Source: Bugula neritina
Taxonomy: Eukaryota; Animalia; Bryozoa
Assembly (NCBI GenBank): GCA_964035545.1
Contig: OZ037767.1
Coordinates: 8,008,581 to 8,072,580, forward strand
Direction: 5' to 3'
Length of the DNA: 64,000 nucleotides
The position numbers and the translations under genes were made by a program. Below are positions 14,601-27,029 of the stretch, in pieces. Position 1 is the stretch's first letter. Each line of letters opens with the position of its first letter. Under the pieces are notes generated by a model. It did not search any database, was not told where the DNA came from, and worked only from the letters and a program-made list of their open reading frames with translations.

Positions 14601-17600
14601 TGTAGGCGTGTATAGTGTATATTAGATAAAACTTGAATAAGGTCTTTTTATATTCATAGTTTTTTTTATGGTTGCTGCTACTTGAACGTGAAAAGAAAAT
14701 GAAGCGTTTCCAGTTGCCAAAATTTACTATATGAAACAAGGTTAATTTTGTTTTTACAACTGGTTTTGGTATATTACAAAATGGTAAAATTCTATTAAGA
14801 ATTTTTTAAGGTGTGCGGCTAAATCTTTTGTAAAATTATCAAAACATAGTTTTACTGTTAATCATTATAACTCATATAATAAATGTAGGCATGGGGTACA
14901 CGTTAATTTATTATAATATATACCTGCACTGCTATCTAAGTTTCCTGTCTTGGTTGTGTGAGCCAAAACGTGATTATATAATATGTATGGCCTATCAGTC
15001 AGCCTACACTTATTATATGGACGATGAAAAAAGTATTTAATTGTACAATTTACTAGTTTTAGTCGTATACGGTTAGCATACTAAAATATTTTCAATTTTG
15101 CTGTGTTTTAGTGCTGGTGTTGGCAGAACAGGCACGTATATTGCTTTAGAATATTTGATTCAGCAAGCCAAGAGAGAAGAAGCTGTGGATGTGTTTGGAT
15201 GTGTTGAAGAAATGAGAAAGAGGAGACCCTGCATGGTTCAGAAAGATGTAAATATTATATATTAGTTTGTTGGCTATCAAATAATTTTTCCAGGAACAAA
15301 CGACACCCAGAATTGATTACAGCACATAAAATACATTGTTTCTTGTGCATTAGGCATAGCGTTGAAATTTTGGCTCAGTGTAAAACTCATTGTTCAACAT
15401 AAATGCTAAAACGTACATTTTGTCAATTAGAAATGCTAATGTTTTATAGATAATGTTTGTTTATACACAGGTAGTTTTGTAACAATACATGTGATATTTA
15501 TTAACTTTGAGGATTGATGGAATTGTTTAAGGTCTTAAGAGAAAATAAGTATATTTTTTAAAAAAAAATTTTTATTTGTTTATACTGTAGCTACAGAAGA
15601 TGTAAAATCAATTTGTCAAGCTCTATAATTTCTTAATATATTTTATTTATATATACAAATTATCAAGGTGTGAAAATTTAAAGTGTATTATGTCATCAAT
15701 CATATCAGCAAATTTTTCATCTATTTTAGGATCAATACATATTTTTGCATGAAGTTCTGGCTGAGTCATTGGCAGCTGAAGGATTCAAATGTTCTCCTTC
15801 AGAGATCAATGATAAAATTGAGGCATACAAACGAAGAGAAACCAGAAATCAGTCCAACAGCATTCTTCAGGAGTTCCAGGTTTGTGGTGCTTAGCTGTAT
15901 CTATTAAAAATAAATTAAACAAAATTTTAAATGCTGTCTTTGTATATAAACATAATATGAGATAAGCTTGTAGTTCAAATATACTGTCTATATCTCTAAA
16001 TTTCAAAAATAGATATAGTGATATCTGAAATTTCAGCTTACTGTATTTATATATTATATAGGTGAAGGACAAAGAAGGTAAACATATTTTTTGTTTTTCA
16101 ATTAAATTACCAGTTAGGGTAGGAATATTCTAAAATGTATATTTATAGTTGCTTCACATGACGCCCAATTGTAGACGTTTAAATGCTCAGTTTTCTAGCT
16201 AAATCATACCTAAACAGGTGAACCTCAAAAGTTTTTGGCATTCAATATATTTTTCTTTCGCAGGATGTCAATATAGCATATATTCACATGAAGGTTCTCT
16301 TATTAAGATTGATCTCAGAGAGTTTCTAACATATTATTCATTGTTTTAAGTTTGTCAAAGTGCATTTCCACATGCTTTCAGAAATCATGCCCGTATATAT
16401 ACTTTATCTCATTACAGCACATGCAAAGTCGCCTTCAAAGTATGCAGTTCAAGTACACCATAGCTCAGGAAGAAGACAACTTAAGAAAGAACAGGTTCCC
16501 TGACATCCTTCCCTGTAAGTATGTCAATTACCAATACTGGAATGACAAGTTTATCTGTACCCAATTGTACTTGCTGAATGTGGAAAATGATAATGTGTTT
16601 AGAAGGTGTACATAGAAGTGTGTTTAGCAGACAGTAATGCTAGATACTTTGAGTTAAATATGTTAAAATACACTAATACATAATAAATGTGGGTGCTAAA
16701 CTGAGTTCTTTGATGAGTTGGTCAACCATGATAATTTAGTGCTTTTAAATAATAAAAGCTTTTTCGGGTTTTAGTCAGGTTGCTAATAATATAAACATGT
16801 CTAGTTTTTAATAAATAAGTCTATTATATGTTTTTATAGTATTACAAGTTTCCAAAGTAATGTAATAGGAGAAAACTGGTCATGCCAGTTTTATATGATG
16901 TTTTAAAAACTTAGAGTAGTAGTTTTGCGATTTTAAAGTAAAAAGTTTATGTTTTTAGGTGACAAGTACATGCCCTTCCTTACCAATGGACAAGGATCAT
17001 ACATAAATGCTGTGTTTGTAGACGTAAGTGCAAGTTTTTGATAATCGTGATACAAAAATATATTGCATGTCTTTTCTTATCATTAAGTAAAAGCTGTTTA
17101 GTTTGAATTTTAATGACTGACATTGTAAACTGCACTTATTTACCTTTAACCTCCATGACACCAGTTAAACATGTATTGCACTGATGCTAGCAAAGACAAA
17201 GGTTGAAACTATTCAAGCGCACTGAATTTTTTACGTCAGCAAGTTTTTCTGAGTTTTTTGCTTTTTTTGTCCCCCCTCGTTCTCAAGGTTACACTAAACT
17301 TGAATAAGATTAATGTTGCTATTCTGCTATATACATTTGAATCTTTTACCATGGCTTTTTGTATTTGTTTGTAGTTGTAAAACTGCTGAGTGAACTCTAC
17401 ATTCCATTCATTTTTTTTCAGTTTCAAGTAATGAACACACGTCAAAAGGCAAAAATTGTTTTCTAGTAAAACAATAGCACAAAACATAGACGTTGATCAT
17501 TTTAAAGACTAATTATTATAGCTCTTTTGCATTCCATTGTAGTCCTACACATGCAAGCACCAATTTATTGCGACTCAACTTCCACTATCAAATACACTGA

Positions 17601-19980
17601 GCAACTTCTGGCAACTGATCATTGAGCAAGATGTTAAGGTTATTGTTCAGTTGGAGCATGCAGAGGTAAGATATTGTCTCTAATGACATATTAAACTACC
17701 TTTCACATTGAATAACTAAAATAAATCATAATTTTGCAGACGTATGCATGTTTTAAGGGTTATTTTACTTTATCTAGTACACATCAGCATAGTATTATGA
17801 TCAAAAATTTAAGTTTGCTTAAAATTCATGAAAATTTTATGTGCTGATTCTAACTATGCATAGCAAAACAGGCTGGGAGAGGGTCTGGCAACATTAAACC
17901 GCAACACCAGTTTTATATCAGTTAAATTCATATGTGTGCATTTGTGTAGTGCATGTCTGTGTCTGCAAATGTGAGTGCAATATATGTGTGTGTTAATCTA
18001 ACTACATTATTGTACCAGAATAACTTTTTAGGTTATCAAAGAGTATGCATACTTATACAACAAGTGGTTTTATTGTTCGTGATAATTTGAACAAAACAAA
18101 ATTTCTTTTAACAAAGTCATCCCTGCAAATTTATTGTGTTTTTTATATTGAAATTTTCATATAATTTTTAGTAGAGTGAGAAATAACTATTTAATAATAT
18201 AGCAAAAATATAGCACAGTGGCGCTTTTTTCTAGCCTTTAAAAGCAGTTTTGTCCTTTTATCTCTCTGATCAAAAATTGAAAACTTTTCATTATTGTCAT
18301 AATCTATGTATAGTTCAAACTGAGGTAAACTTATTTATCTATACAAGCTTGAATCTTTTTTTTTACTCACAGCAGAATTAATGTCTCTTTATAAGTCTCA
18401 AAATTATGCTTATAATTAATACACATGGATATAGGAGACAACTATACGTTACATATTAGAAATCCAACGCATATAATCTATGAATTTGTATTGTATTAGC
18501 TGAAACCACTAATTGCTTTTCTACTCCCAGCATACTTGGATAAACTCTTATAATTCAATTAATTAAAAATAAATGTTTGTAATAGAAGGCTAGTAAACAC
18601 CTTTGCAAAGTAACGGGTTGCTAGAAAAGCATACCAGTATGATAATGTTATAGAATATGATGGTTATATAATTTAGATGCCTTTCTTTCCAATGACTGAC
18701 TTGGCTACACTTTCAACTTCCTTTCATTCTCTGGTTAGAGGAGCCTCTGAAGAGAAAGAGCACGTCAGAATAATCCCCTTGAAGATTCAAACTTCACAAG
18801 TAAGATTTTTGCGCAAATGTCTTATCTTGCACTGTGGAATGGCACACATCTTCTAGTTTTTTAATTTTAGGCAAACTATTTTGTATTTTATTTTGCTAGT
18901 CAGCAATATAACTTTGAGCATATGAAAGCATGTTTAGAATCTATCACTCAGTGTCATTCATATTTCATATCAATTTTAATCATCAAAATAGTCTTATTGA
19001 TATAAAGTACATAGAGGCTAATTAAAACCTTAGTTTAATTGGGTTACATTATTTATCAGCAAATTCTCTGCACCTATAAACTAAGAAGAAAGTTACTTTT
19101 GTTTCATATGCACGCATGTTAGTTGAAGCTGCAGAAATTTTGACTCTGTATCATATATGGATAACTTTTCATTTAATGTTCAGCTACTACTTGACATGTG
19201 ATTAGAAATAATCTAGCACTGTTTTTCATTTTTTAACCTGTTAGTTGGAAAAGTCTATCTTCATCCTTCAAATGAAAGCATGGTGTGATACTGCAAAACA
19301 ATACCCTACAGGAGAAGCTATTCTGTCTTTATGTGGCGCTGTAGAAGACATTCTTAAAAAGACTGAGGGCAGCAAGAAAACTTGTGTGACTTGCTTGTGA
19401 GTTTTGTGATAATTTTATGAAGTTTTTATTTGAAAAAGCATAAATTTTGTAAACTTTTTCTTTTCATATTACATGAGTGTACATATACTGCTTATACATT
19501 CTCTTTAAAAACTTCACTTCAATCCTTTATTGTCAGAGATGGCAGTAAAAGATGTGGAATATTCATCAGTGCTTCTAATGCTATTGAGAAGTTAAAGAAT
19601 GAGCAGGAGATTGATGTATACAGTCCCACTATGATGGTAAAGACTAGACGACCTCAGTTTGTGTCTACAATTGTAAGTTCAAGTATACCCTGAGTATGCT
19701 TCTACAGTTTAGCTATAGTGAGAATCCTATCTTATCAGGAAATTTGCTTTAAAAAGTTACAAAGTAATAATATTCTTTTGCTGTCTTTGTTGTTAATAAA
19801 CTAATAGTTGAAAGCTCCTTTAGTAAGTTAGATACCTAAAAAAAATATTATTTACATATTAAATTATTTCTTGGCCATTTAAATAAAATTAAATTTATGT
19901 TACAGGATGACTATCTGTTTATCTATCAAGTGCTGAAGAACTATGCTGATTCCTTTGCTGAATACGCCAACTTTAATTAG
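91..19980 (+). CDS. Receptor-type protein tyrosine phosphatase, 5'-partial: FN3 x5, membrane-proximal domain, TM, tandem PTP D1/D2
   Basis: Manual exons: 91-200, 780-945, 1505-1590, 2021-2207, 2506-2612, 3398-3593, 3977-4053, 4460-4676, 5098-5204, 5428-5608, 6134(or 6146)-6236, 7043-7310, 7941-7986, 8427-8556, 9294-9400, 10179-10294, 11046-11133, 11843-11913, 12411-12447, 13091-13188, 13391-13513, 14259-14407, 15112-15247, 15730-15879, 16418-16514, 16959-17023, 17543-17665, 18677-18799, 19245-19396, 19537-19672, 19906-19980. All GT-AG with consistent phases and one open frame (~1275 aa) ending ...EYANFN*. PTP motifs: [51 protein letters not shown]. The first exon is phase 1, so the N-terminus lies upstream of the window. 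Confidence 0.95.
1087..1196 (-). mobile_element. tRNA-derived SINE fragment
   Basis: Reverse B box GGGTTCGAATCC (1142-1153) plus the body motif CCAGTCATAATTRCTCCTGTG shared with the copy at ~20.7 kb and, more loosely, ~61.2 kb. Ends approximate. Confidence 0.6.
4854..4893. repeat. 20-bp tandem duplication
   Basis: TCATGCCACACAGTCAACAA occurs twice in tandem within an intron. Confidence 0.85.
6353..6604. mobile_element. Degenerate non-autonomous hAT-like element (MITE)
   Basis: Ends CAGTGCTGTCCAAC...GTTAGACACTCCT resemble hAT termini (CAGGGGTGTCCAAC); subterminal TGTGGCCC motifs; related to 23907-24250. Confidence 0.5.
8427..8556 (+). other. Transmembrane exon of the RPTP
   Basis: [25 protein letters not shown] followed by the basic stop-transfer KRKR across the next splice. 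Confidence 0.9.
11046..15879 (+). other. PTP domain D1, catalytic motifs intact
   Basis: WPDHGVP in exon 14259-14407; [10 protein letters not shown] split over 14407/15112; Q-loop MVQKDDQY. Confidence 0.93.
11588..11647. repeat. (GTGC)n microsatellite
   Basis: Seen directly. Confidence 0.95.
16418..19980 (+). other. PTP domain D2, probable pseudophosphatase
   Basis: [25 protein letters not shown] and NFWQLI are present. WPD becomes WCD, the signature reads VTCLDGSKRCG and the Q-loop reads FVSTIDDY. Confidence 0.88.
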
Positions 19981-20639
19981 ATTCTGTTTACGCTGACTGC
20001 AAGTTGTGAAAGCTAATTGGAAAAAATCTTATATAATCCTGATATGATACAATCACTTTTGATTACATATTTTCTATTTTTAGCTGTTACAAAGAGCTAG
20101 TTTTTTCAGTTTCATTATTACCTTATATGTAGTGCGTTTTGAAAACTCTATAAGTTTAAGGTTTTGTTACTTTTACTTTTGCGTAATCATTATCAAGTCA
20201 TATTTACAAATTACTCAGCACTTTCAGTTAATCACGTCCTTCTTTGAAACTTATTTTTACAACTGACAAAATGGAATAATCAAGTGCCATATACAGATAT
20301 TTTTGTTTTTATATATGCAAATGATTTCACTTGTTAATTTTTCTATAAATGATTAAGCCTTAAAATTAAATTTACATTCAGACAAATTGTGTTTATAAAC
20401 CTATTTTTATACTATTATTTTAGCATCTTCTTAACATTGCCGATTTAGCTTATATGCTGTATAAAAATGCTAAACAAAAAAATTAATCTTTCTGCCAAAA
20501 GTGCAATTTAATTCTTTCTACATTTTTTTGAAACTCTGGCTCTCCTTATCAATAATCACTTCTTATTTCAATGCAAAACATTATTAGTGAAATTATTAAA
20601 GTACTTTCTATTGAGAGCCTAGAAAGAAATTTAATGCTA

Positions 20640-20760
20640 CAGCACATATCAGCACGTTTATGACATGAAATCATGGGTTTGAACCTGATAAAAACCATTG
20701 GTCATATTAGGAAGAGCATCCAGTCATAATTGCTCCTGTGCCCCATTTTAAGGCATGTCG
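20640..20760 (+). mobile_element. tRNA-derived SINE fragment
   Basis: Degenerate B box (CATGGGTTTTGAACC) followed by AGGAAGAGCATCCAGTCATAATTGCTCCTGTG, homologous to the 1.1 kb and 61.2 kb copies. Ends approximate. Confidence 0.55.
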
Positions 20761-22270
20761 CTTGCTCTAAATCATCCTGAAAAACATCAGGTCTTCAACT
20801 TGTATTCCAGCTTAATGGGGACATTTTTTAGGGATAGCGTCACCTATCCTAAAAATAGATGTATTCTTGTTTATAAAAGGTAGTTGATTATTCTTTAAAT
20901 GAAATAAAATAGTGAAACAGCAGTGTTAGGAAATTTTCAACATTCATTTGTAAATGTTGCAATAGCCCTTATGTGTACATGGTGGTTTTAATACTATAAT
21001 AAGTAGGTCTATGTCTCATTTACTCCATGCATTGCTATTCTGGGAATAAAGTCAACATTATCTCTTTATAGCAAAGTCAAGCATTTGATAAATTGACAAA
21101 ACATTTTAAATTTTGAAGGCTAGAATTTAAAACATTTAGCATAACTGAACATTTACTGACTATAATGCTTTTTAAATCTTTTAACTTCAATAGCGTGAGA
21201 AAGTACATTGACTAAAAAGCTTTAGCAAATTTATTATGTTCAATTAATAAAAAGTTTTCTCTGTATAATAAGGAATATAGAATTATCTTTAAAGCTTTTT
21301 TAAGTACTGTATGCATATTTGGCAGTACAAAATTTTTTCTGAAGCCAAGATTTGAAAACAACATTGCGTGTGAGTAGTACAACACAATAAAACAAAAACG
21401 AAGTATGTATATCATCATTGTTGAGAAACTTCAATTACCTTTTGAAAGTAAACAACCAAATTTTAAAAGTAAAATTGCAAGAAATGAAGCTGCAGTTTAG
21501 CCAAACTATCCACGAAAAAATGTAACACATTAGGCAAGTCAAATGCAGTCAACAGTTGACTCAGGGTTGAAAAAAATAATTCATGCGCAACCACTCCTTG
21601 CAAGTTTATATAGTACACTATAATATGCATAACAACTCCAAATAATGCCTTGTAAAGTTTTAAAACAAGGGTTTTGTGAGTTTGATTGATGATTGATTAA
21701 TTTATTTTTATCTATTACATATCACAGACATGAAAACACATTGTGAAGTTCGGTGTAAATACAGGCTATAATAGTGCTAGGTTAGGAACAAAATTAAAAA
21801 GAAAGTCAAAACTCTGCTAGATTATTCAAGATAGAAGCTCATTCGTATATATACTTATACTTTTTATTAACAAGGCAATTTACAATTCAAAACTAAAGTT
21901 TTTAAAATCATGCACATGCATATAAATAAAATGCTTAGCTAAATTTTGTTATGTTTCAATGCTTTTATATTTTTTACTCGTTATATTATAGGCTTGCAGT
22001 TAATTTTAACTGTTTTTCAACTTCAATCTGTTACAACATTAACTGCATTTGCATTGTGTTAGCCAAGTTTTATTTATTTTGATTATAATTTCGTTTTATT
22101 ACTTGTGATTAATGCATACCACACATTGTTATCTACTACAACTACTACTATATTCTGTAGTAAAAATTGCTTTCGAACAATGAAGCTTCAACAATGAGCT
22201 GAAAATAAAAGTTATGTAATAACTTAATGTAACGAATTTCAACGTACTAATTAGCTACATAAAATTAAAG

Positions 22271-23356
22271 ATGGCTGCTATTAAGCTACTTATCCTAAAT
22301 GTATTATTCATCATGTCCCTAGAACTGTGTGAGAAAAGTTCTGTAGTGTTCAGTGATGAGCACATCTTACTAGTAGTGTTCAGTTTTTTTCTTCAGTGCA
22401 GGTAAGCTTTCATACAGCTACTATATATGAGCTTCTTTATAACGTTCATAATTGAACATGTTGAAATTATCATGACCGATTGCTTTACAGTATAAAAAAT
22501 GTAACTATATATATACATAATATATACAATCGCACTTATTAAAAGAAAGGGATAGTATACTTTATTTAAATATTGTACCTTTTTTTGATACGTTTAAATG
22601 CGTTTCCTTTTTAGAGTTATCTTCCCAAAACAAAGATGCAGAAGACCCAAAAGAATTCTCAATATAAATAACTCAACTCAAACTTTAAAAAGTTTCGCCA
22701 TATCTGGAGCAGCAAATCCACAAAATTCACTTAATAAGAATAAATATGCACCGCAACAAGCACATAGAAACTTGGTGAAGAAGTTGGATGGTATCAGCCC
22801 TGAGATGTTAAATGACCCAGAGGAAAAGTTAAAGATAGCAGAGAAAAAACTTAAAGAGTTGGAAAATGATATGAACTTATTTGACAAAACTTGGGAAAAT
22901 TTACTAAACAAAGACAAAGAGACAATGGAGGGCTTCAAAGATGATTTTGGCTCTTTCAGCTCAGAAACTGCCAAGAGGAAACTGAACCCTGGCAACTCAA
23001 AACAGCCAACAGATAAAACTGTTATGAGAAGTGAGACAACAGTCACAGAGAAGAATAACAGCTTAACTTCATCAGTTGACATTAAATCTGTAGTTGAAAA
23101 GGATTGGGAGCCGTTTGATCCTTCTCCAGGTACATCTAACCAACATCAACGTCTGTCTAAAGCTTCTCAAGATGTTTGGCCACCATTAGCTTCCACCATG
23201 CTCACAGAGGACATAGAAACACATGCACAAAAACATTGGTGGAGAGTAATCAAGGAGACAACAGCAAAAGGAAACAAGATTAGCTTGAGAAAATCAGCCA
23301 AAGACAGAATAACGAAACTGCTAACCTGCTCTTCTGTCCGCCCTTTGTCACCATAA
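22271..23356 (+). CDS. Orphan putative secreted protein, two exons, ~290 aa
   Basis: Exon 1 22271-22401 (MAAIKLLILNVLFIMSLELCEK..., AG|GTAAGC donor, phase 2) splices in frame at TTTTTAG|22615 into the longest ORF of the window. RRPKR site and a short coiled-coil-like stretch (EEKLKIAEKKLKELENDM). No family recognised. Confidence 0.55.
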
Positions 23357-23906
23357 AACTGTTCTATTAGTTACACATGTGTACGAATCTACTGTACCCT
23401 TCTCCCATGCACTGCTCCAGCTGATCTTTTGACCAACCTTTATTTCTGTAACACAACTGAACAGAAACCTTTTATGATTAAGAATTACCAACTACTTTTT
23501 GTTGTATCCATATTGCTTATATTGTTCATAGCCCTCCCTATATAATCAACTATATATCTGCGTCTCTTACTCATACTTTTTATGTTGAGTCCATTTAATT
23601 ATTTAAAAATATATCATTATATTTAGTATCCATATAAAATTTAAATACACAATATTATATTCAGCTTGTTGTATAAAATTGTTCACCTATAAACAGAGTT
23701 GCATCAGCTTACTTCGATTGCATTCATGATGGTGGATGAAATAACTGAAAATATTGTTGCTTGAACATCGATTTTACCTCTGGTGCTGACATATATTTGG
23801 ACTAAACAGTTACTGCACACCACAAGGTAAATTGATCACTAAGGAATAAGCAATTTTATAACATCTACATAATAATACAACAGCTATAATCAAGCAAAAC
23901 TCTAAG

Positions 23907-24250
23907 CAGGGCTGTCCAACAAGTGGTCTCATGGCAAGGTGTGACCCCTTAGCCTACGTTTATGTGACAATCAAAGTCATAACAAACAAAAAATTGTTTT
24001 GCACACGTATAAATTAATTAAAGCAAATTCGAGCCACCTTTTAAATGTCTGATTTATATACATGTAACTTGCAAATTGAATTTTATTTGTGTAATTAAAC
24101 TTTATTGTGTAAGGATTCTTTTGAATTCAGAATCAATAATATGCAGTGCTGAAAATTAATAAATTTGCAACCAGTTCTACAATGCAACTCTCAGCATAAG
24201 AATATTTCACTTGAGCGTGATCTTCAATCTGAAAAGGTTGGACATTCCCC
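23907..24250. mobile_element. Degenerate non-autonomous hAT-like element (MITE)
   Basis: CAGGGCTGTCCAAC...GTTGGACATTCCCC inverted termini; 5' part resembles 6353-6410. Confidence 0.5.
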
Positions 24251-24298
24251 AAACCTGCTTTAGTATATAAAAGACAGCCAAATTACCATAGTTTAATC

Positions 24299-24330
24299 GC
24301 ACACGCACACGCACACGCACACGCACACGC

Positions 24331-24371
<41 letters not shown>
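24299..24371. repeat. (CACACG)n(CA)n compound microsatellite
   Basis: Seen directly. Confidence 0.95.
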
Positions 24372-24372
<1 letters not shown>

Positions 24373-24438
24373 CCGCCTATTGCTGCAACTTGACAGAGTT
24401 AATATATATTGTAATTTTTATATTTTAACTGACTTCAG

Positions 24439-25154
24439 GTCCTCCTACCACTTGCTCAAACCCACCAGCTGGAGTTGGTACTACGTCATTTACAAGAGAT
24501 TCAGTGAAGATTGGAGAATCTATACTATATCAATGTAAAGAAGGGAAACATCAAGTAGGGGGAGATTGTCACCTACACTGTGTGTTGAATACTAAGTTGG
24601 TGACTGAAAGGAATGGAGAACCGCTGATCTGTGATAACTTAAGTAAGACCTACAGTTTGCATACGGAGCCTAGCATTTATATGACATGTACAGTCTAATA
24701 GTTCTATCAGTAAAATTTTATTGATAGTAAATTCCTTTACAAAATATTCTTTGCTAACGTTATTATAAATATTATAAATAACAAAAGGTAAACTGGAGAT
24801 TGATTATTTTATTTAAAATAAATCTGTTGTTATCCACTGTTTTCAAATTTGACCACTGTGATTGGACTTTCCGTTGGGTTACCATCAACTGTAGTAATAG
24901 CAATGGCAATTGCTGGTATAGTTTTCATAAAAGTTGGAAGAAAGTCTATCAAGAAATACGAATGCATTGACGCACCAGCTTTTGATGGCAAAAGTGATCA
25001 ATTGCCTAATAAAATTTCTCCCTTAACTGCATCTGTTACTGGAAGTTAACCCATTTATGCCAATCGAGCATTTAAAGAAGACATTATCTGTAACGTGCCT
25101 AATAACAAACCAACACCATTATCACAAGTTACTACAACCTATAACTCACACTAG
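24439..25154 (+). pseudogene. Decayed Sushi + TM + cytoplasmic-tail cassette, copy 1
   Basis: Sushi exon 24439-24642 is nearly identical to 55130-55348 but the conserved Trp is Arg (TEW to TER). The TM-exon acceptor is mutated (TTTCAA at ~24841-24846), and a premature TAA at 25047-25049 replaces the Gln before PIYAN. Confidence 0.8.
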
Positions 25155-25510
25155 GTTCTAGTTAATTTTAACAAACAGCACTTTTCTTGCATCTTCAAAT
25201 ATTGAAACATTCAAGATTCTAAAAAGTTATTTCTTGGTTTTTTAAAAAGATATTTTCATCTAATATTGTTCCAGTTTATATCTATAGGATTGCCAAATTA
25301 TTCAAGTAAATGTTGCAGTTTGACATCCTTTCATAAGCTGATGGCTCATTTTCAAAAAACACTTAAAATAAATACTGTTTCATTATATACACAAACCTGA
25401 GATTCTTCATATCTCTCAAATTATAGCTATTATAATTTAGTGCTTTGCATTTGACAATAAATTATGTGAACTCTGCTAGTCACACGCATATTTTATTTGC
25501 AGGTTTTTTG

Positions 25511-25583
25511 CATATAGCATATATAGCCTATATAGCATACAGCATATAGGATATATAGCATATAGCATATAGCATATATAGCA
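25511..25583. repeat. Degenerate (TATAGCA)n tandem repeat
   Basis: Seen directly. Confidence 0.8.
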
Positions 25584-26545
25584 TCTGACTAGAATCAAGC
25601 ATACAATTAAGTAGCTATATATGACAGTCAGAATTTCAACAAAATAACTCTATCCACAGTAATTTCTAATATGGAAATACTAAGAAGAGATGCTGTAGTA
25701 TTGAACTTCCACTTGGTACTCCAAAACTCTATTGACCTCTCCTCTAATAGTTAAAAGTATGTAAGTTGATTGTTGATTGGGGCAGAAATTATCACAAGCC
25801 ATTTTGGCTCTGAGGGTTGGGTAGTAACATTTTAAGAAGCTGAGGGACTGCTGGAGTCCAGAAATAACAGTGGTGAGCAGGCCAATAGAGCTCTAAAAAC
25901 TTGGGTGGACTTTGAGGCCACAGATACTGAAGCGGCTACAAATGAATTAAGTTCAGCATTTATCTAAATAAACTTAAACCTTAACCCAGTATGCACTCAA
26001 AATGTCTTCTGGTAGTGATCGAACCAACAATCATAATGTAATCAAGAGAAATATGACTTACACGCATCTAAACGCAGCATAATATTGTAATTCAATGCTA
26101 AGACAAAAGTGTTTATAGGTGCCATATAAATAAGGGTTTTATTTTAGCATGCTGTAAATTGAAGAAAAATAGCATTTGAAAAGAAATTCAAAAGTCAATT
26201 GGAAAACATGACTTACTTAACTTTTTGCTACTATTTTTTTTGTATTTCTGGCAGACATTCTGTATATGAGATATATGCAGAATACTGGAGTACTTAGAAC
26301 AAGTACTGGAAAAATGTTAAAAACTAACAAACATTCATGACCTAAACTAATTGTGTATAATAGCGCTTGCCAAATAAAACAACACATTAAAACTCTTTTT
26401 GAGAACATAAGTTGTTTTATTGCCAACAATACAAGTAATAAAAATAATATTCAAAATTAAGCTGCAACCTGCAAAAATTAGACAAATAAATTAATTCTAG
26501 TTTTCCTTGACAAAAATTACATGGTTAGTGAAATCAGTTCCCCCA

Positions 26546-27029
26546 TCAACCATGACAACAATTACATGGTTTATCTTTTTTTGCAATCGCAATGTCCAAT
26601 GAACAGTTCACTGGAGTCATACCCTTTGTTCAAACAATACTTTTTGTACACGGATGGTTTTGCAGTCCATAGAGATGTAACTGAACCTATGAAAAATTTT
26701 TACCAAATGTTCAAGAACATTCGTAAAAAGGTTTTCCAAACATGTAGAGTCTTATTTTTGTAAAAGAAAATATATTTCAAGCAATGCTAAAATAACAATA
26801 TTAATCTTTTCAAAAATACTAATTAGTCAAATACACAGTATAGAAACTTATTATTTGAAGCCTGTACTTCTCTTGGCCCTATAATAGTCAATACTCAGGC
26901 CAGCACTTGTAAAATATATGCCGTGTAATATAATCCCTAATTATTGTTGATAAAACATAAAACAGTTTTATACTTACCTATTGAACTGATGAGAATGATT
27001 GCTATTACTAGCAAAGGAAGAACTTTCAT
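26546..27029 (-). CDS. Small secreted cysteine-rich peptide precursor, two coding exons; possible 1-nt frameshift in an A7 run
   Basis: Exon 27029-26978 encodes MKVLPLLVIAIILISSI with donor AG|GTAAGT (phase 1). Acceptor TTTTTCATAG|26686 continues GSVTSLWTAKPSVYKKYCLNKGYDSSELFIGHCDCKK. As read it ends R* at 26571; with one fewer A it ends DKPCNCCHG* at 26546. Also an upstream acceptor (27037-27038), 5'UTR donors (27230, 27239) and AATAAA at 26421-26416. Confidence 0.75.

Noticed and set aside
22678-23082. Hydrophobic 134-aa minus-strand ORF
   Set aside because: Antisense shadow of the A-rich plus-strand exon.
25836-25968. Short coding-looking frame EAEGLLESRN...SSAFI*
   Set aside because: No recognisable motif and no partner exon; cannot be supported.
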